In this document: piece by piece, positions 44,691 to 52,294 of the stretch
Numbering within the stretch: the stretch's first letter is position 1
Layout: each line of letters begins with the position of its first letter
DNA from: Allosphingosinicella sp.
GTDB taxonomy: Bacteria; Pseudomonadota; Alphaproteobacteria; Sphingomonadales; Sphingomonadaceae
Strand: one strand, 5' to 3'
Assembly: GCA_036403745.1 (NCBI GenBank)
Contig: DASWQI010000007.1
Length of the DNA stretch: 64,000 nucleotides
Translations under genes and position numbers: made by a program
The notes under the pieces: generated by a model
Told to the model about the DNA's origin: nothing
Database searches by the model: none
What the model saw: the letters and a program-made list of their open reading frames with translations, nothing else

Positions 44691-44727
44691 GCCGAAAAGG
44701 GAAGGGGCGTGCCTTTCGGCACGCCCC
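44691..44727 (-). terminator. rho-independent terminator after the small-protein pair
   Basis: GGGGCGTGCC-(GAAA loop on the minus strand)-GGCACGCCCC is a perfect 10-bp stem. It is followed on the minus strand by TTCCCTTTTCGGC. Confidence 0.7.
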
Positions 44728-44763
44728 GGACGCAGCTGGAGGGATGGGCTGGGAAGCTGCGCC

Positions 44764-44949
44764 CTAACCTTCGACCCGGCTAAACGAGGAGGCGCCGGCG
44801 CGGCTGAGCGCGCGCACCCGCTCCAGATGGAGAGAGGAGAGGCGCAGGTGCGCCTCGGCGGCGCTGCGATCGAGCGACCGCGACGCCATGTCGATCTCCG
44901 CCATCGCCCGGTCGCTGTGGAATTTGACCTCGTCCTGCACCGCGTTCAT
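44764..44949 (-). CDS. small hypothetical protein, paralog of 45007..45231
   Basis: Internal ATG at 44949 (MNAVQDEVKFHSDRAMAEIDMASRSLDRSAAEAHLRLSSLHLERV) in track ORF 44764..44997. It shares the H..RAM.E.D.A...AA.AHL.LS.LHL core with its neighbour. Confidence 0.5.
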   Translation of the reverse strand: MNAVQDEVKFHSDRAMAEIDMASRSLDRSAAEAHLRLSSLHLERVRALSRAGASSFSRVEG

Positions 44950-45006
44950 GCCCCTCATCGTCGAAGCCAAGATGGGAAAATTACCGGGTCGGCGCACTCA
45001 CATGGA

Positions 45007-45231
45007 TCAGCGGTCGAAGCTAAATACCGAATCTGGCACGCTTTTTTCGCGCGCCCTCACCAGCTGCAAGTTCGGCGCGGGTGCGTCGCTCAGCGTCTTC
45101 ATCTCGCCCAGATGCAATTCGGACAGGCCGAGATGGGCGATCGCCGCTTCCGGCGATACCGCCGCGCGGGCACGGTCGAGCTCTTCCATCGCACGATGCG
45201 CGTGGAGGCGGATCCGGTCTTTCCTGCTCAT
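45007..45231 (-). CDS. small hypothetical protein, paralog of 44764..44949
   Basis: Internal ATG at 45231 (MSRKDRIRLHAHRAMEELDRARAAVSPEAAIAHLGLSELHLGEM) in track ORF 45007..45294. Confidence 0.5.
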   Translation of the reverse strand: MSRKDRIRLHAHRAMEELDRARAAVSPEAAIAHLGLSELHLGEMKTLSDAPAPNLQLVRAREKSVPDSVFSFDR

Positions 45232-45313
45232 GCTGGACCCCGACTCGGGGTGGAACTCTACAAGGCGATGAGACGAAGCTGACTCGATTCGCAATCATCC
45301 ACCACAACGTGGG

Positions 45314-46060
45314 TTAGCCGACGCGAAGCGGCTCCGCATCGTGATGCAGGTACCGTTCGTTGAAGTCCCCGGCGTCGCGCATGCGCTTCCAGTCGACGAT
45401 GCGGATGGTGCGGCGGTCGCGGTCGATCAGGCCTTCCTCGCCGAGCTGCTTCAGCACCCGGTTGACGTGGACCGAGGTGAGGCCGACCGCATCGGCGAGC
45501 TGTTCCTGGGTCATCGGCAGCTCGTAGACATGGTCCTTCGCAAGCCCCGCGGCCTCCAGCCGCAGCGAGAATTCGCACAATATGTGGGCGACGCGGGCGC
45601 GGCTGTCGCGGCGGCCGACATTCACCACCCACTCGCGGAAGATCGAGGAATCGATCAATGTGTCGATCCACAGCGCCCGCGCCACCGCCGTGTTCGAGAG
45701 GACCAGCGCCTCGATCGCCGCGCGGGGAATGAAGGCGATCTCCGCCTCGGTCAGCGTCTGGACGCTGGTGTCGGCGATGCCGAGGAACATGTGCTGGAGA
45801 TCGACCCACTCGCCGGCCATGTGCAGCGAGATGATCTGCCGCCCGCCCTCGCCGGTGAGCTTGTAGCGATAGGCGAAGCCGGACAGGAGCAGGGCGCAAT
45901 ATTCGGGGGAATCGCCGTCGCGCACGACGTGGCCGCCGGGCGCCAGCCGGCGCACGTTATGCGGTAGGCCCAGCAGCGCGCGGCGGTCGCGATCGGCCAG
46001 CGGGGCGCGCCGTTCCAGGCGGCGGATCATCAGCTCCCAGGTCGGATGCAAGTCCGGCAC
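45314..46060 (-). CDS. Crp/Fnr family transcriptional regulator (paralog 1)
   Basis: Track ORF of 248 aa with a cNMP-binding-like barrel and a C-terminal HTH (MTQEQLADAVGLTSVHVNRVLKQL). Confidence 0.85.
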   Translation of the reverse strand: MPDLHPTWELMIRRLERRAPLADRDRRALLGLPHNVRRLAPGGHVVRDGDSPEYCALLLSGFAYRYKLTGEGGRQIISLHMAGEWVDLQHMFLGIADTSVQTLTEAEIAFIPRAAIEALVLSNTAVARALWIDTLIDSSIFREWVVNVGRRDSRARVAHILCEFSLRLEAAGLAKDHVYELPMTQEQLADAVGLTSVHVNRVLKQLGEEGLIDRDRRTIRIVDWKRMRDAGDFNERYLHHDAEPLRVG

Positions 46061-46162
46061 GGCTTCTCCTCACTCCAAGGGGGAACGCTGCCGTTCGCGA
46101 GGGCGAACGGGCGGGTGACCCCCCTTCGGAAGCCATGCATAATCGGTGCAATACGGGGCTGC

Positions 46163-46179
46163 TCTTATCTAGATTAGAC
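46163..46179. promoter_or_regulatory. imperfect palindrome related to the 47127 palindrome, upstream of Crp paralog 1
   Basis: TCTTATCTAGATTAGAC matches TCTAACCTAGGTTAGAC at 14 of 17 positions. It lies 103-119 nt upstream of the 46060 start. Confidence 0.45.
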
Positions 46180-46193
46180 CCAGCGTTTTAACG

Positions 46194-46997
46194 TTAATTT
46201 CCCGGTCTTTGCGGGACGTCGCCGGGCCTCTCAGGCCAAGCGGGGGGGGGGGCGGGGCGGATACCGCCGGGACCGCCTTCCTCGTAATGAAGATAGCGGG
46301 TGCTGAAATCGCCGATCGTGCGCAGCCCGTCCCAGTCCGCGATCGCCACCGCGCGCTTGTTGCGGTCGATGACGCCGAGCCGCGAGAGTTCCTTCAGGAC
46401 CCGGTTGATATGGACCGGCGTCAACCCGGTGGCGTCGGCGAGTTGCTCCTGCGTCATCGGCAGCTCGTAGCGATATTGGCCGGTCAGGCCGCCCTCCTCG
46501 AGCCGGAGCGCGAACTCGCAGAGCAGGTGGGCGACGCGGCTCAGCGAATCCCGCCGCCCGACATTGACCATCCATTCGCGAAAGATCGCGGCGTCGATCA
46601 GCGTGTCGATCCACATGGCCCGGCCGACGTCGGGATGCTCGGTGACGAGGGCGCGCAGCGCCGGGATCGGGATGGCCGCGACCTCGATCCGGGTCAGCGC
46701 CTGCACATTGTGGTCGGCGACGCCGAGGAAGCTGTTCTGGAGGTCGAGGAACTCGCCGGGCATGTGGACGGAGAGGATCTGCCGCGCGCCGTCTCCGGTC
46801 ACCTTGTGACGGTAGGCGAAGCCGGTGAGGAGGAGCGCGCAATGGCTGGGCGGCTCGCCTTCGCGGACGAGATAGGCCGCGGGCTCGAGGGTGCGGTACG
46901 TGAAGGGCAGCGCCAGAACTGCGGCGTGACCCTCGGCGGTGAGCGGGGCCCGCGTCTCGAGCCGGCGTACCGCGCGCTCGATATCTTGGGGGACCAT
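46194..46997 (-). CDS. Crp/Fnr family transcriptional regulator (paralog 2)
   Basis: ATG at 46997 (MVPQDIERAVRRLETRAPL) preceded by GGAGAG, within track ORF 46194..47042. HTH: MTQEQLADATGLTPVHINRVLKEL. Confidence 0.85.
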   Translation of the reverse strand: MVPQDIERAVRRLETRAPLTAEGHAAVLALPFTYRTLEPAAYLVREGEPPSHCALLLTGFAYRHKVTGDGARQILSVHMPGEFLDLQNSFLGVADHNVQALTRIEVAAIPIPALRALVTEHPDVGRAMWIDTLIDAAIFREWMVNVGRRDSLSRVAHLLCEFALRLEEGGLTGQYRYELPMTQEQLADATGLTPVHINRVLKELSRLGVIDRNKRAVAIADWDGLRTIGDFSTRYLHYEEGGPGGIRPAPPPAWPERPGDVPQRPGN

Positions 46998-47126
46998 GAC
47001 AACTCTCCGCATGAGGTAAGCGGGAGCGGAGTGACGTTCCACAGCAGCCTAGGCCGGCAAGCTGCCGACCAGCGATTCTTATAAACGATGTGAGACGACG
47101 CGTAACTCACACAGGATTGATGGTCC

Positions 47127-47148
47127 ATGTCTAACCTAGGTTAGACAT
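47127..47148. promoter_or_regulatory. perfect 22-bp palindrome in the divergent region between Crp paralogs 2 and 3; candidate Crp-family operator
   Basis: ATGTCTAACCTAGGTTAGACAT is its own reverse complement. The core is CTAAC-N4-GTTAG, the same 5-4-5 geometry as FNR-type sites. Confidence 0.5.
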
Positions 47149-47188
47149 TCCATGCAGATACGGCTGGACGCGCACGGGCGAGGGGCGT

Positions 47189-47202
47189 CTAACATAGGTT
47201 AA
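47189..47202. promoter_or_regulatory. second copy of the CTAAC-N4-GTTAG-like site, abutting the start codon of Crp paralog 3
   Basis: CTAAC-ATAG-GTTAA has one mismatch and ends 1 nt before the ATG at 47203. Confidence 0.4.
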
Positions 47203-47964
47203 ATGTCGCAAACCAATCTTGAAGTCGCGGAGGGCACCCTCGCCGCGGCGAGCCCGCTCGTGGTAAAGCTGGAGAGCTTCGCCACCCTCGCCGCCGCCGA
47301 CCGCGCCGCGCTGGCCGATCTCGGCCGCTACGCCCGCGACCTCGGCGCCCGCCGCAACGTCATCCGCGAAGGCGACCGGCCCGACCATGTCCACCTGATC
47401 CTCGACGGCTGGGCGGCGCGCTACAAGCTGCTCCCGGACGGCACCCGCCAGATCACCGCCTTCCTCATCCCCGGCGATTTCTGCGATCTCCACATCACCA
47501 TTCTCGGCCACATGGACCATTCGATCGCGACCATCACCCGCGCGACCGTCGCCTACGTCCCCCGCGCGGTCATGGACGCGCTCACCGACCGGCCGTCCGT
47601 CGCCAAAGCCTTCTGGTGGGCGACCCTCGTCGACGAGGCGGTGCTGCGCGCCTGGGTGGTCAATGTCGGACGCCGCGACGCGTACGAGTCGATCGGCCAC
47701 CTGATGTGCGAGCTGTACTTGAGGATGCACAATGTCGGCCTGACCACCGACCACAGCTACGAACTGCCGCTTACCCAGGAGGAATTGGGCGACGCGCTCG
47801 GCCTGACGCCTGTCCACGTCAACCGCAGTCTGCAGCGGATGCGGGCCGACGGCCTCATCAGCCTCGACCGCGGCGCCCTCACCATCCACGATTATCGCCG
47901 GCTGGAGAAAGCGTCGGGGTTCAACCCGAATTACCTCCATTTCGAGCGGCGCTCGGGCGGCTGA
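47203..47964 (+). CDS. Crp/Fnr family transcriptional regulator (paralog 3)
   Basis: Track ORF of 253 aa. HTH: LTQEELGDALGLTPVHVNRSLQRM. Confidence 0.85.
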   Translation: MSQTNLEVAEGTLAAASPLVVKLESFATLAAADRAALADLGRYARDLGARRNVIREGDRPDHVHLILDGWAARYKLLPDGTRQITAFLIPGDFCDLHITILGHMDHSIATITRATVAYVPRAVMDALTDRPSVAKAFWWATLVDEAVLRAWVVNVGRRDAYESIGHLMCELYLRMHNVGLTTDHSYELPLTQEELGDALGLTPVHVNRSLQRMRADGLISLDRGALTIHDYRRLEKASGFNPNYLHFERRSGG

Positions 47965-48315
47965 GGGGCGGCAGTACCACCTCCATCACCATGCCACCTC
48001 CGCCACCTCCGACTGGATCCGGGGTGATAGCTCCCGGAAGTGCGGTCCGTGACGACACCGGGGGCCCGCCCTCCTGAAACAGGCGGGAAGTCGAATGTCC
48101 GCTATGGGTGGAAAGCCGAGATTGAGCTGAGCGTCTCGATCGGCCTCTTCTGGCGGGTAGCGAACGGTCCGCTTTCAAAGGCCGCACGTTTGATTGCGGA
48201 CGTTGTGAACCGAGCTGTTCGGCGGGCCGGTCGCGGGCTGGTGAGAGGGTACACCAGCACTTGGGTGTGTTAAGAGTCTCGCTCCGCCGAGTCCGGCCTT
48301 TTCCGAGAGACATGT

Positions 48316-49416
48316 ATGGGCGCGATATCGCTGGACATCATTCCCGATAACGAAGCTGATCGCATGGCTGCCGTGCGCCGCTATGAAATACTCGACACGC
48401 CGCCTGACGGTAGCTTCGATCGCGTGACGGCGCTTGCTGCACGCCGATTCGACGCACCCATTTCGATCATCAGTATCGTGGATCACGACCGCATCTGGTT
48501 CAAATCTCATCACGGCCTGGATGTGCAGCAGATTGGGCGCGAACCCGGCCTCTGTGCGTCGGCTATCCTATCGTCCGAGGCGCACGTCCTTTTGGATGCA
48601 AGCGCCGATGTAAGGTCCCTTGCCAACCCGCTTGTTGCAGGCGACTTCGGGCTGCGGTTTTACGCTGGCGTTCCTCTCCAAACATCCGACGGTTTCAACC
48701 TCGGCACGCTCTGCGTGATCGACAAGGCACCTCGTCCTGTGGACCAGGCGCAGATCGACGATCTGAAGGACCTGGCGTCATTGGTCGTGGATCAGTTGGA
48801 ACTCCGGTTGGCGGCCCGTCAGGCGGTTGAAAAGGCCGAGATCATGGCTCGGGAGATAGACCACCGGGTGATGAACAGCCTGCAGTTTGTTTCGGGCCTG
48901 CTGACGATGCAGAGCCGCTCGACAGGCGCTGTCGACGCCTCGGCTCAATTGCGCGAGGCAGCGACGCGGGTGATCGCGGTCGCGCGTGTCCACCGGAATT
49001 TTTATTCCACCGACACCGAGGAGGTTTCCTGCCTTACGTTTTTGAGGCGGCTCTGCGCCGACCTATCGGAGATTTGCGGGGTCGAAGTGGAGGTGACGGG
49101 AGATGAGGGCAACGTCCCCACGACCTGGATTCAGCCAATCGGGCTCCTCACAAATGAATTGGTGACCAACGCGGCGAAGCACGGCGCCGGCAAGGTGGCG
49201 GTGATCTATAAGGCTGAGGGCGCTGCGCGGGAATTATCGGTGTGCGACCAGGGTGACGGCGTGCCGGAGAACTTCGATCCCGGCGCCTCCGTCGGGCTTG
49301 GGATGAAGGTAATCGGCCTATTGGCGAAGCAGCTTAATGGAACGGTGGCTGTGAGTGAGAATTCTTCGGGCGGCGCGTGCTTCCAAGTCGCCTTCGGAGG
49401 CGCAGAAGGTCGCTGA
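48316..49416 (+). CDS. GAF domain sensor histidine kinase of the HWE/HisKA_2 type
   Basis: Track ORF of 366 aa. An N-terminal GAF-like domain is followed by EIDHRVMNSLQFVSGLL (H-box of HisKA_2/HWE kinases) and an ELVTNAAKHG N-box. Confidence 0.85.
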   Translation: MGAISLDIIPDNEADRMAAVRRYEILDTPPDGSFDRVTALAARRFDAPISIISIVDHDRIWFKSHHGLDVQQIGREPGLCASAILSSEAHVLLDASADVRSLANPLVAGDFGLRFYAGVPLQTSDGFNLGTLCVIDKAPRPVDQAQIDDLKDLASLVVDQLELRLAARQAVEKAEIMAREIDHRVMNSLQFVSGLLTMQSRSTGAVDASAQLREAATRVIAVARVHRNFYSTDTEEVSCLTFLRRLCADLSEICGVEVEVTGDEGNVPTTWIQPIGLLTNELVTNAAKHGAGKVAVIYKAEGAARELSVCDQGDGVPENFDPGASVGLGMKVIGLLAKQLNGTVAVSENSSGGACFQVAFGGAEGR

Positions 49417-49667
49417 ATCCGACCCGCCTGGTGCCGATTAGATCACTGACTTTAAGTCTGTTTTTGGGTGCCGCGACCCGCCCCGCTCGCGTCGGTTCTC
49501 CCCAGCACGGCTTTCCCCTGCCCGACTGGTCCCTGCATCTTGCGACATCCTACTGAGACGCATGTCCGCCTTCGACCCGCAGGCGCCATTCGCACGCCGT
49601 GCGAGGCTGCTCAAAGGAGGGGAGCGCGTGGGAAGCGGGTGGGGCAAAAGCCCGTGGAGAAGCCGGC

Positions 49668-49868
49668 CTAGGACATCTCCGGCCGGGGCTCTGGCGGCTC
49701 GTCGGAAAGCCGCGCAGCCTCCGCCTCGTACTCGTCGGCCATGCTGCGGAGGGTGCGCGACACCTTCTCGTCTATCGTCGAGGAGGCGAGCCTGCGGCAC
49801 TTTTCCGCCTGCTGGAGCAGGTAGGATCGAGTCGGCATGGGGCGCGGCTTATGTCGGCTATCCGACAT
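49668..49868 (-). CDS. small protein, member of a three-copy paralog set (CRR...Y core)
   Basis: Track ORF of 66 aa with core LLQQAEKCRRLASSTIDEKVSRTLRSMADEYEAEA. Confidence 0.5.
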   Translation of the reverse strand: MSDSRHKPRPMPTRSYLLQQAEKCRRLASSTIDEKVSRTLRSMADEYEAEAARLSDEPPEPRPEMS

Positions 49869-49888
49869 AGATCAAGCCATTTCGGCGC

Positions 49889-49923
49889 AAAAAGGGTCCG
49901 TCGCGATCACGTGCGGCGGACCC
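49889..49923 (-). terminator. rho-independent terminator after the DUF6894-like gene
   Basis: The minus strand reads GGGTCCGCCGC-ACGTGATC-GCGACGGACCC (one mismatch), followed by TTTTTG. Confidence 0.65.
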
Positions 49924-49985
49924 TCCCTGAAGGCGCGGCCCTCCCACGATCGCGTGGCCTTTTCAGGGAGGGCCTGTGGAGAGGC

Positions 49986-50231
49986 CTACTCCGGGATGAT
50001 GTTCACCGCATGCTTGAACGGCAGGCTATAAACGATCTCCCCAGCCTCGGTCTCCGCGTCGATCCTGTAGCGCAGGTCCACCAGGCCGCCGCTCTTCACT
50101 TCGTTGCCGATGATGTCGCGAGCCCCCCTGAGCGCAGCGGCCCTGACCGCCTCCAGGTCGGCGAACTCGCGGCCCTCCTGGTCGAGAAGCTCGTCGGTGC
50201 CGTCGCGAAGGTGAAAGAAATAGCGGGCCAT
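49986..50231 (-). CDS. DUF6894-like small protein
   Basis: Internal ATG at 50231 (MARYFFHLRDGTDELLDQEGREFADLEAVRAAALRGARDII). MxRYFFHL.DG...D.EG is the family hallmark as I recall it. Confidence 0.65.
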   Translation of the reverse strand: MARYFFHLRDGTDELLDQEGREFADLEAVRAAALRGARDIIGNEVKSGGLVDLRYRIDAETEAGEIVYSLPFKHAVNIIPE

Positions 50232-50438
50232 GTGTCGGCTCCCTTTGCAGGCGGGAGCAAGCACACTCTCAGCCGTCGAAGCCTGTGGGCTGAGTTCGAC
50301 GATGATGGGACCTTAGCAAAAAGCAGGCGGAGGCGGGGCGCCAACGTCTTGATCCATGTTTGCGCGCGCCGAAAATAAGATGGTGCCGGGTCAAGGCCGG
50401 CATGACGCTGTGCGCTGCTGCAGCCCCGCGCAGCCCGC

Positions 50439-50600
50439 CTAAGCGCGGGTGCGGAGTTCGACGACGTTCACCCGCTTGGCCTCTCGATCGTAATGGCGGG
50501 CGAGCTGCTCCAGCCCTCGCTTCGCCTCGCCGTCGGCGAGGTCGCCGGCGGCGCGGCGGCACTCGGCGGCTTGGCTGGTGAGAAAGGCTGCTTCGTCCAT
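50439..50600 (-). CDS. small protein, member of the three-copy paralog set
   Basis: Internal ATG at 50600 (MDEAAFLTSQAAECRRAAGDLADGEAKRGLEQLARHYDREA) in track ORF 50439..50660. Confidence 0.5.
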   Translation of the reverse strand: MDEAAFLTSQAAECRRAAGDLADGEAKRGLEQLARHYDREAKRVNVVELRTRA

Positions 50601-50709
50601 GGGAACCGAGCGGCTAACATGGATTAAAGTTCCTCCTTCCGGAACTTTAACCCAGATCAAATCTTCTCACAGTGGCTGCCAAGGCTTCCCATCATGGCTC
50701 CCCTGTTTC

Positions 50710-50737
50710 GGGGCGTCCGCGACCGCGCGGACGCCCC
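50710..50737. other. perfect 12-bp stem-loop (GGGGCGTCCGCG-ACCG-CGCGGACGCCCC) with no U-tract on either strand
   Basis: The arms are exact reverse complements. It sits 33 nt upstream of the ATG at 50770, in the divergent intergenic region. Confidence 0.6.
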
Positions 50738-50769
50738 CACTCCCCTTGAGCCAGGAGCCCGTCGCTGAC

Positions 50770-50967
50770 ATGCCGGACGATTCTTCCGCGTTGCGCGCTT
50801 TGGCGACCAAGTGCCGCCGGCTCGCGCGCGGGGTCGGCACGAGCGACGTCGCTACCAGGCTTGGCCACATGGCCACGGATTACGATCGGCAGGCCGATGC
50901 GGCGGCGACGGTCGAGGCGGACGCGGTCGAGGGGGAGGCGCGCCGACTTCACCGCCCAGCCGTTTGA
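50770..50967 (+). CDS. small protein, member of the three-copy paralog set
   Basis: In-frame ATG at 50770 (MPDDSSALRALATKCRRLARGVGTSDVATRLGHMATDYDRQA) at the end of track ORF 50578..50967. Confidence 0.5.
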   Translation: MPDDSSALRALATKCRRLARGVGTSDVATRLGHMATDYDRQADAAATVEADAVEGEARRLHRPAV

Positions 50968-50976
50968 GCTGACCCC

Positions 50977-51168
50977 TCAGGCGTTCTGCTTCAGCCGTTC
51001 GGCCGCTGCATCGAGTTTCTCGCGGCTGTTGCCGTGCTCGCGGATCAGCGCCTGCGCCTGATCCGTAGTGATGCCGTGCTTTTCGGCGAAGTAGCGGACC
51101 TCATAGGCTTCGCTGCCGGAGACCCGGCTCCGGTCCTGGCCGCCCCGGTTGGTCTTGTCGTCGGACAC
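50977..51168 (-). CDS. DUF3606-like small protein
   Basis: Track ORF of 63 aa, GTG start with a GAAGGAG SD. (M)SDDKTNRGGQDRSRVSGSEAYEVRYFAEKHGITTDQAQALIREHG matches the DUF3606 pattern from memory. Confidence 0.7.
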   Translation of the reverse strand: MSDDKTNRGGQDRSRVSGSEAYEVRYFAEKHGITTDQAQALIREHGNSREKLDAAAERLKQNA

Positions 51169-51202
51169 GCAGCTTCTCCTTCACTGTTACGCGGATGAGA
51201 CG

Positions 51203-51228
51203 AACGCAGCGCGATTCGCGCCGGTTCC
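51203..51228 (-). promoter_or_regulatory. EcfG-type promoter candidate, exact GGAAC-N17-CGTT, upstream of the DUF3606-like gene
   Basis: The minus strand reads GGAAC-CGGCGCGAATCGCGCTG-CGTT. The -10 element ends 35 nt before the GTG start. Confidence 0.55.
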
Positions 51229-51275
51229 CGCTTTTTTGCCGAGGCGTTCCAGCGCTTTGCGGCTATGCTGGCGCC

Positions 51276-51545
51276 ATGGCCCGTTCGCATTCCCCGCTCC
51301 GCCTCGGCGCTCTCGCCGCGCTCCTCCTGCTTCCCGGCTGCGTGAAGACGGCCATCGACGTCGTCACCCTGCCGGTGCGGGTGACGGCAAAGGCGGTCGG
51401 CTCCGCGCTGCCGAGCCAGAAGAAACGGGACCAGAAGCGCGGCAAGGCGATCCGCAAATATGAGGAATGCCTCGGCCGCGAGGCGCGCAAGGCGCACAAG
51501 GACGGCCGCGAGCCCGACCGGACGCGCTGCGAGGAGCCGCGGTGA
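51276..51545 (+). CDS. small basic lipoprotein
   Basis: In-frame ATG at 51276 (MARSHSPLRLGALAALLLLPGCVKTAIDV), with lipobox LLPGC, inside track ORF 51195..51545. Confidence 0.65.
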   Translation: MARSHSPLRLGALAALLLLPGCVKTAIDVVTLPVRVTAKAVGSALPSQKKRDQKRGKAIRKYEECLGREARKAHKDGREPDRTRCEEPR

Positions 51546-51677
51546 GGCGCCGCCTCGCCATCCTCCTCTTCGCCTGGGTGCTGGCCGGCGGATCGGCCGA
51601 GGTGGGGCGGCCTTAGCGCCGCACCATGCTTTCCGGCGGGCCTCGCAACTCTTTGGCCTCCCGGCGCTTCTTGGGCG

Positions 51678-52271
51678 ATGCCCGCAACCGCCGCCGCTCC
51701 CGCACCAGACCGCCCGCTGCGCATCCTTGCCTTCGGCGACAGCCTGATGGCCGGCTACGGCGTGCGGCGTGAGGAAGGGTTCGCGGCGCAGCTCGAGGCG
51801 TTGCTGCGCGCCCAGGGGCTCGATGCGAGCGTGCTGAACGGGGGCGTCTCCGGCAACACCGCCGGCCATGCCCGCGACCGCGTCGGCCGCACCCTCAACG
51901 CGCTGCGGCCGCCGCCGGACCTCGCCATCGTCTCGTTCGGCGGCAACGACATCCTCCGCGCCGTGTCCCCCGAGGAGACGCGGGCGGACATGGAGGCGGT
52001 GCTCGACGCCTTTGCCGAGCGGGGCATAAAGGTGGTCCTGGCGGGCATGCTCGCCCCACCCTTCCTCGGCGCCCACTACACACGCGCCTTCAACGCCATC
52101 TTCCCTGAGTTGGCGGCGGCGCGGCGCCTGCCTTTCTACCCCTTCTTCCTTGCGGGTGTGGCAGGGAACGCGAAGCTCAACCTGCCGGACCGGGTCCACC
52201 CCAATGCCGCGGGCATCGCGAGGATGGCGAAGGGAATCGCGCCTTACGTCCTGAAGGAAGTCGGGCGGTAG
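51678..52271 (+). CDS. SGNH/GDSL hydrolase (arylesterase/TesA-like)
   Basis: Track ORF of 197 aa with LRILAFGDSLMAGYG (block I GDS), GGNDILR (block III) and DRVHPN (block V). Confidence 0.8.
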   Translation: MPATAAAPAPDRPLRILAFGDSLMAGYGVRREEGFAAQLEALLRAQGLDASVLNGGVSGNTAGHARDRVGRTLNALRPPPDLAIVSFGGNDILRAVSPEETRADMEAVLDAFAERGIKVVLAGMLAPPFLGAHYTRAFNAIFPELAAARRLPFYPFFLAGVAGNAKLNLPDRVHPNAAGIARMAKGIAPYVLKEVGR

Positions 52272-52294
52272 CCCACCGTCGAGCCACTTGCGGC

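Noticed and set aside
47965-48315. Possible sRNA or small gene in the 350-bp gap before the histidine kinase gene
   Set aside because: The gap has several short hairpins but no promoter-plus-terminator pair or convincing ORF. The track ORFs here are Arg/Ser/Pro-rich.
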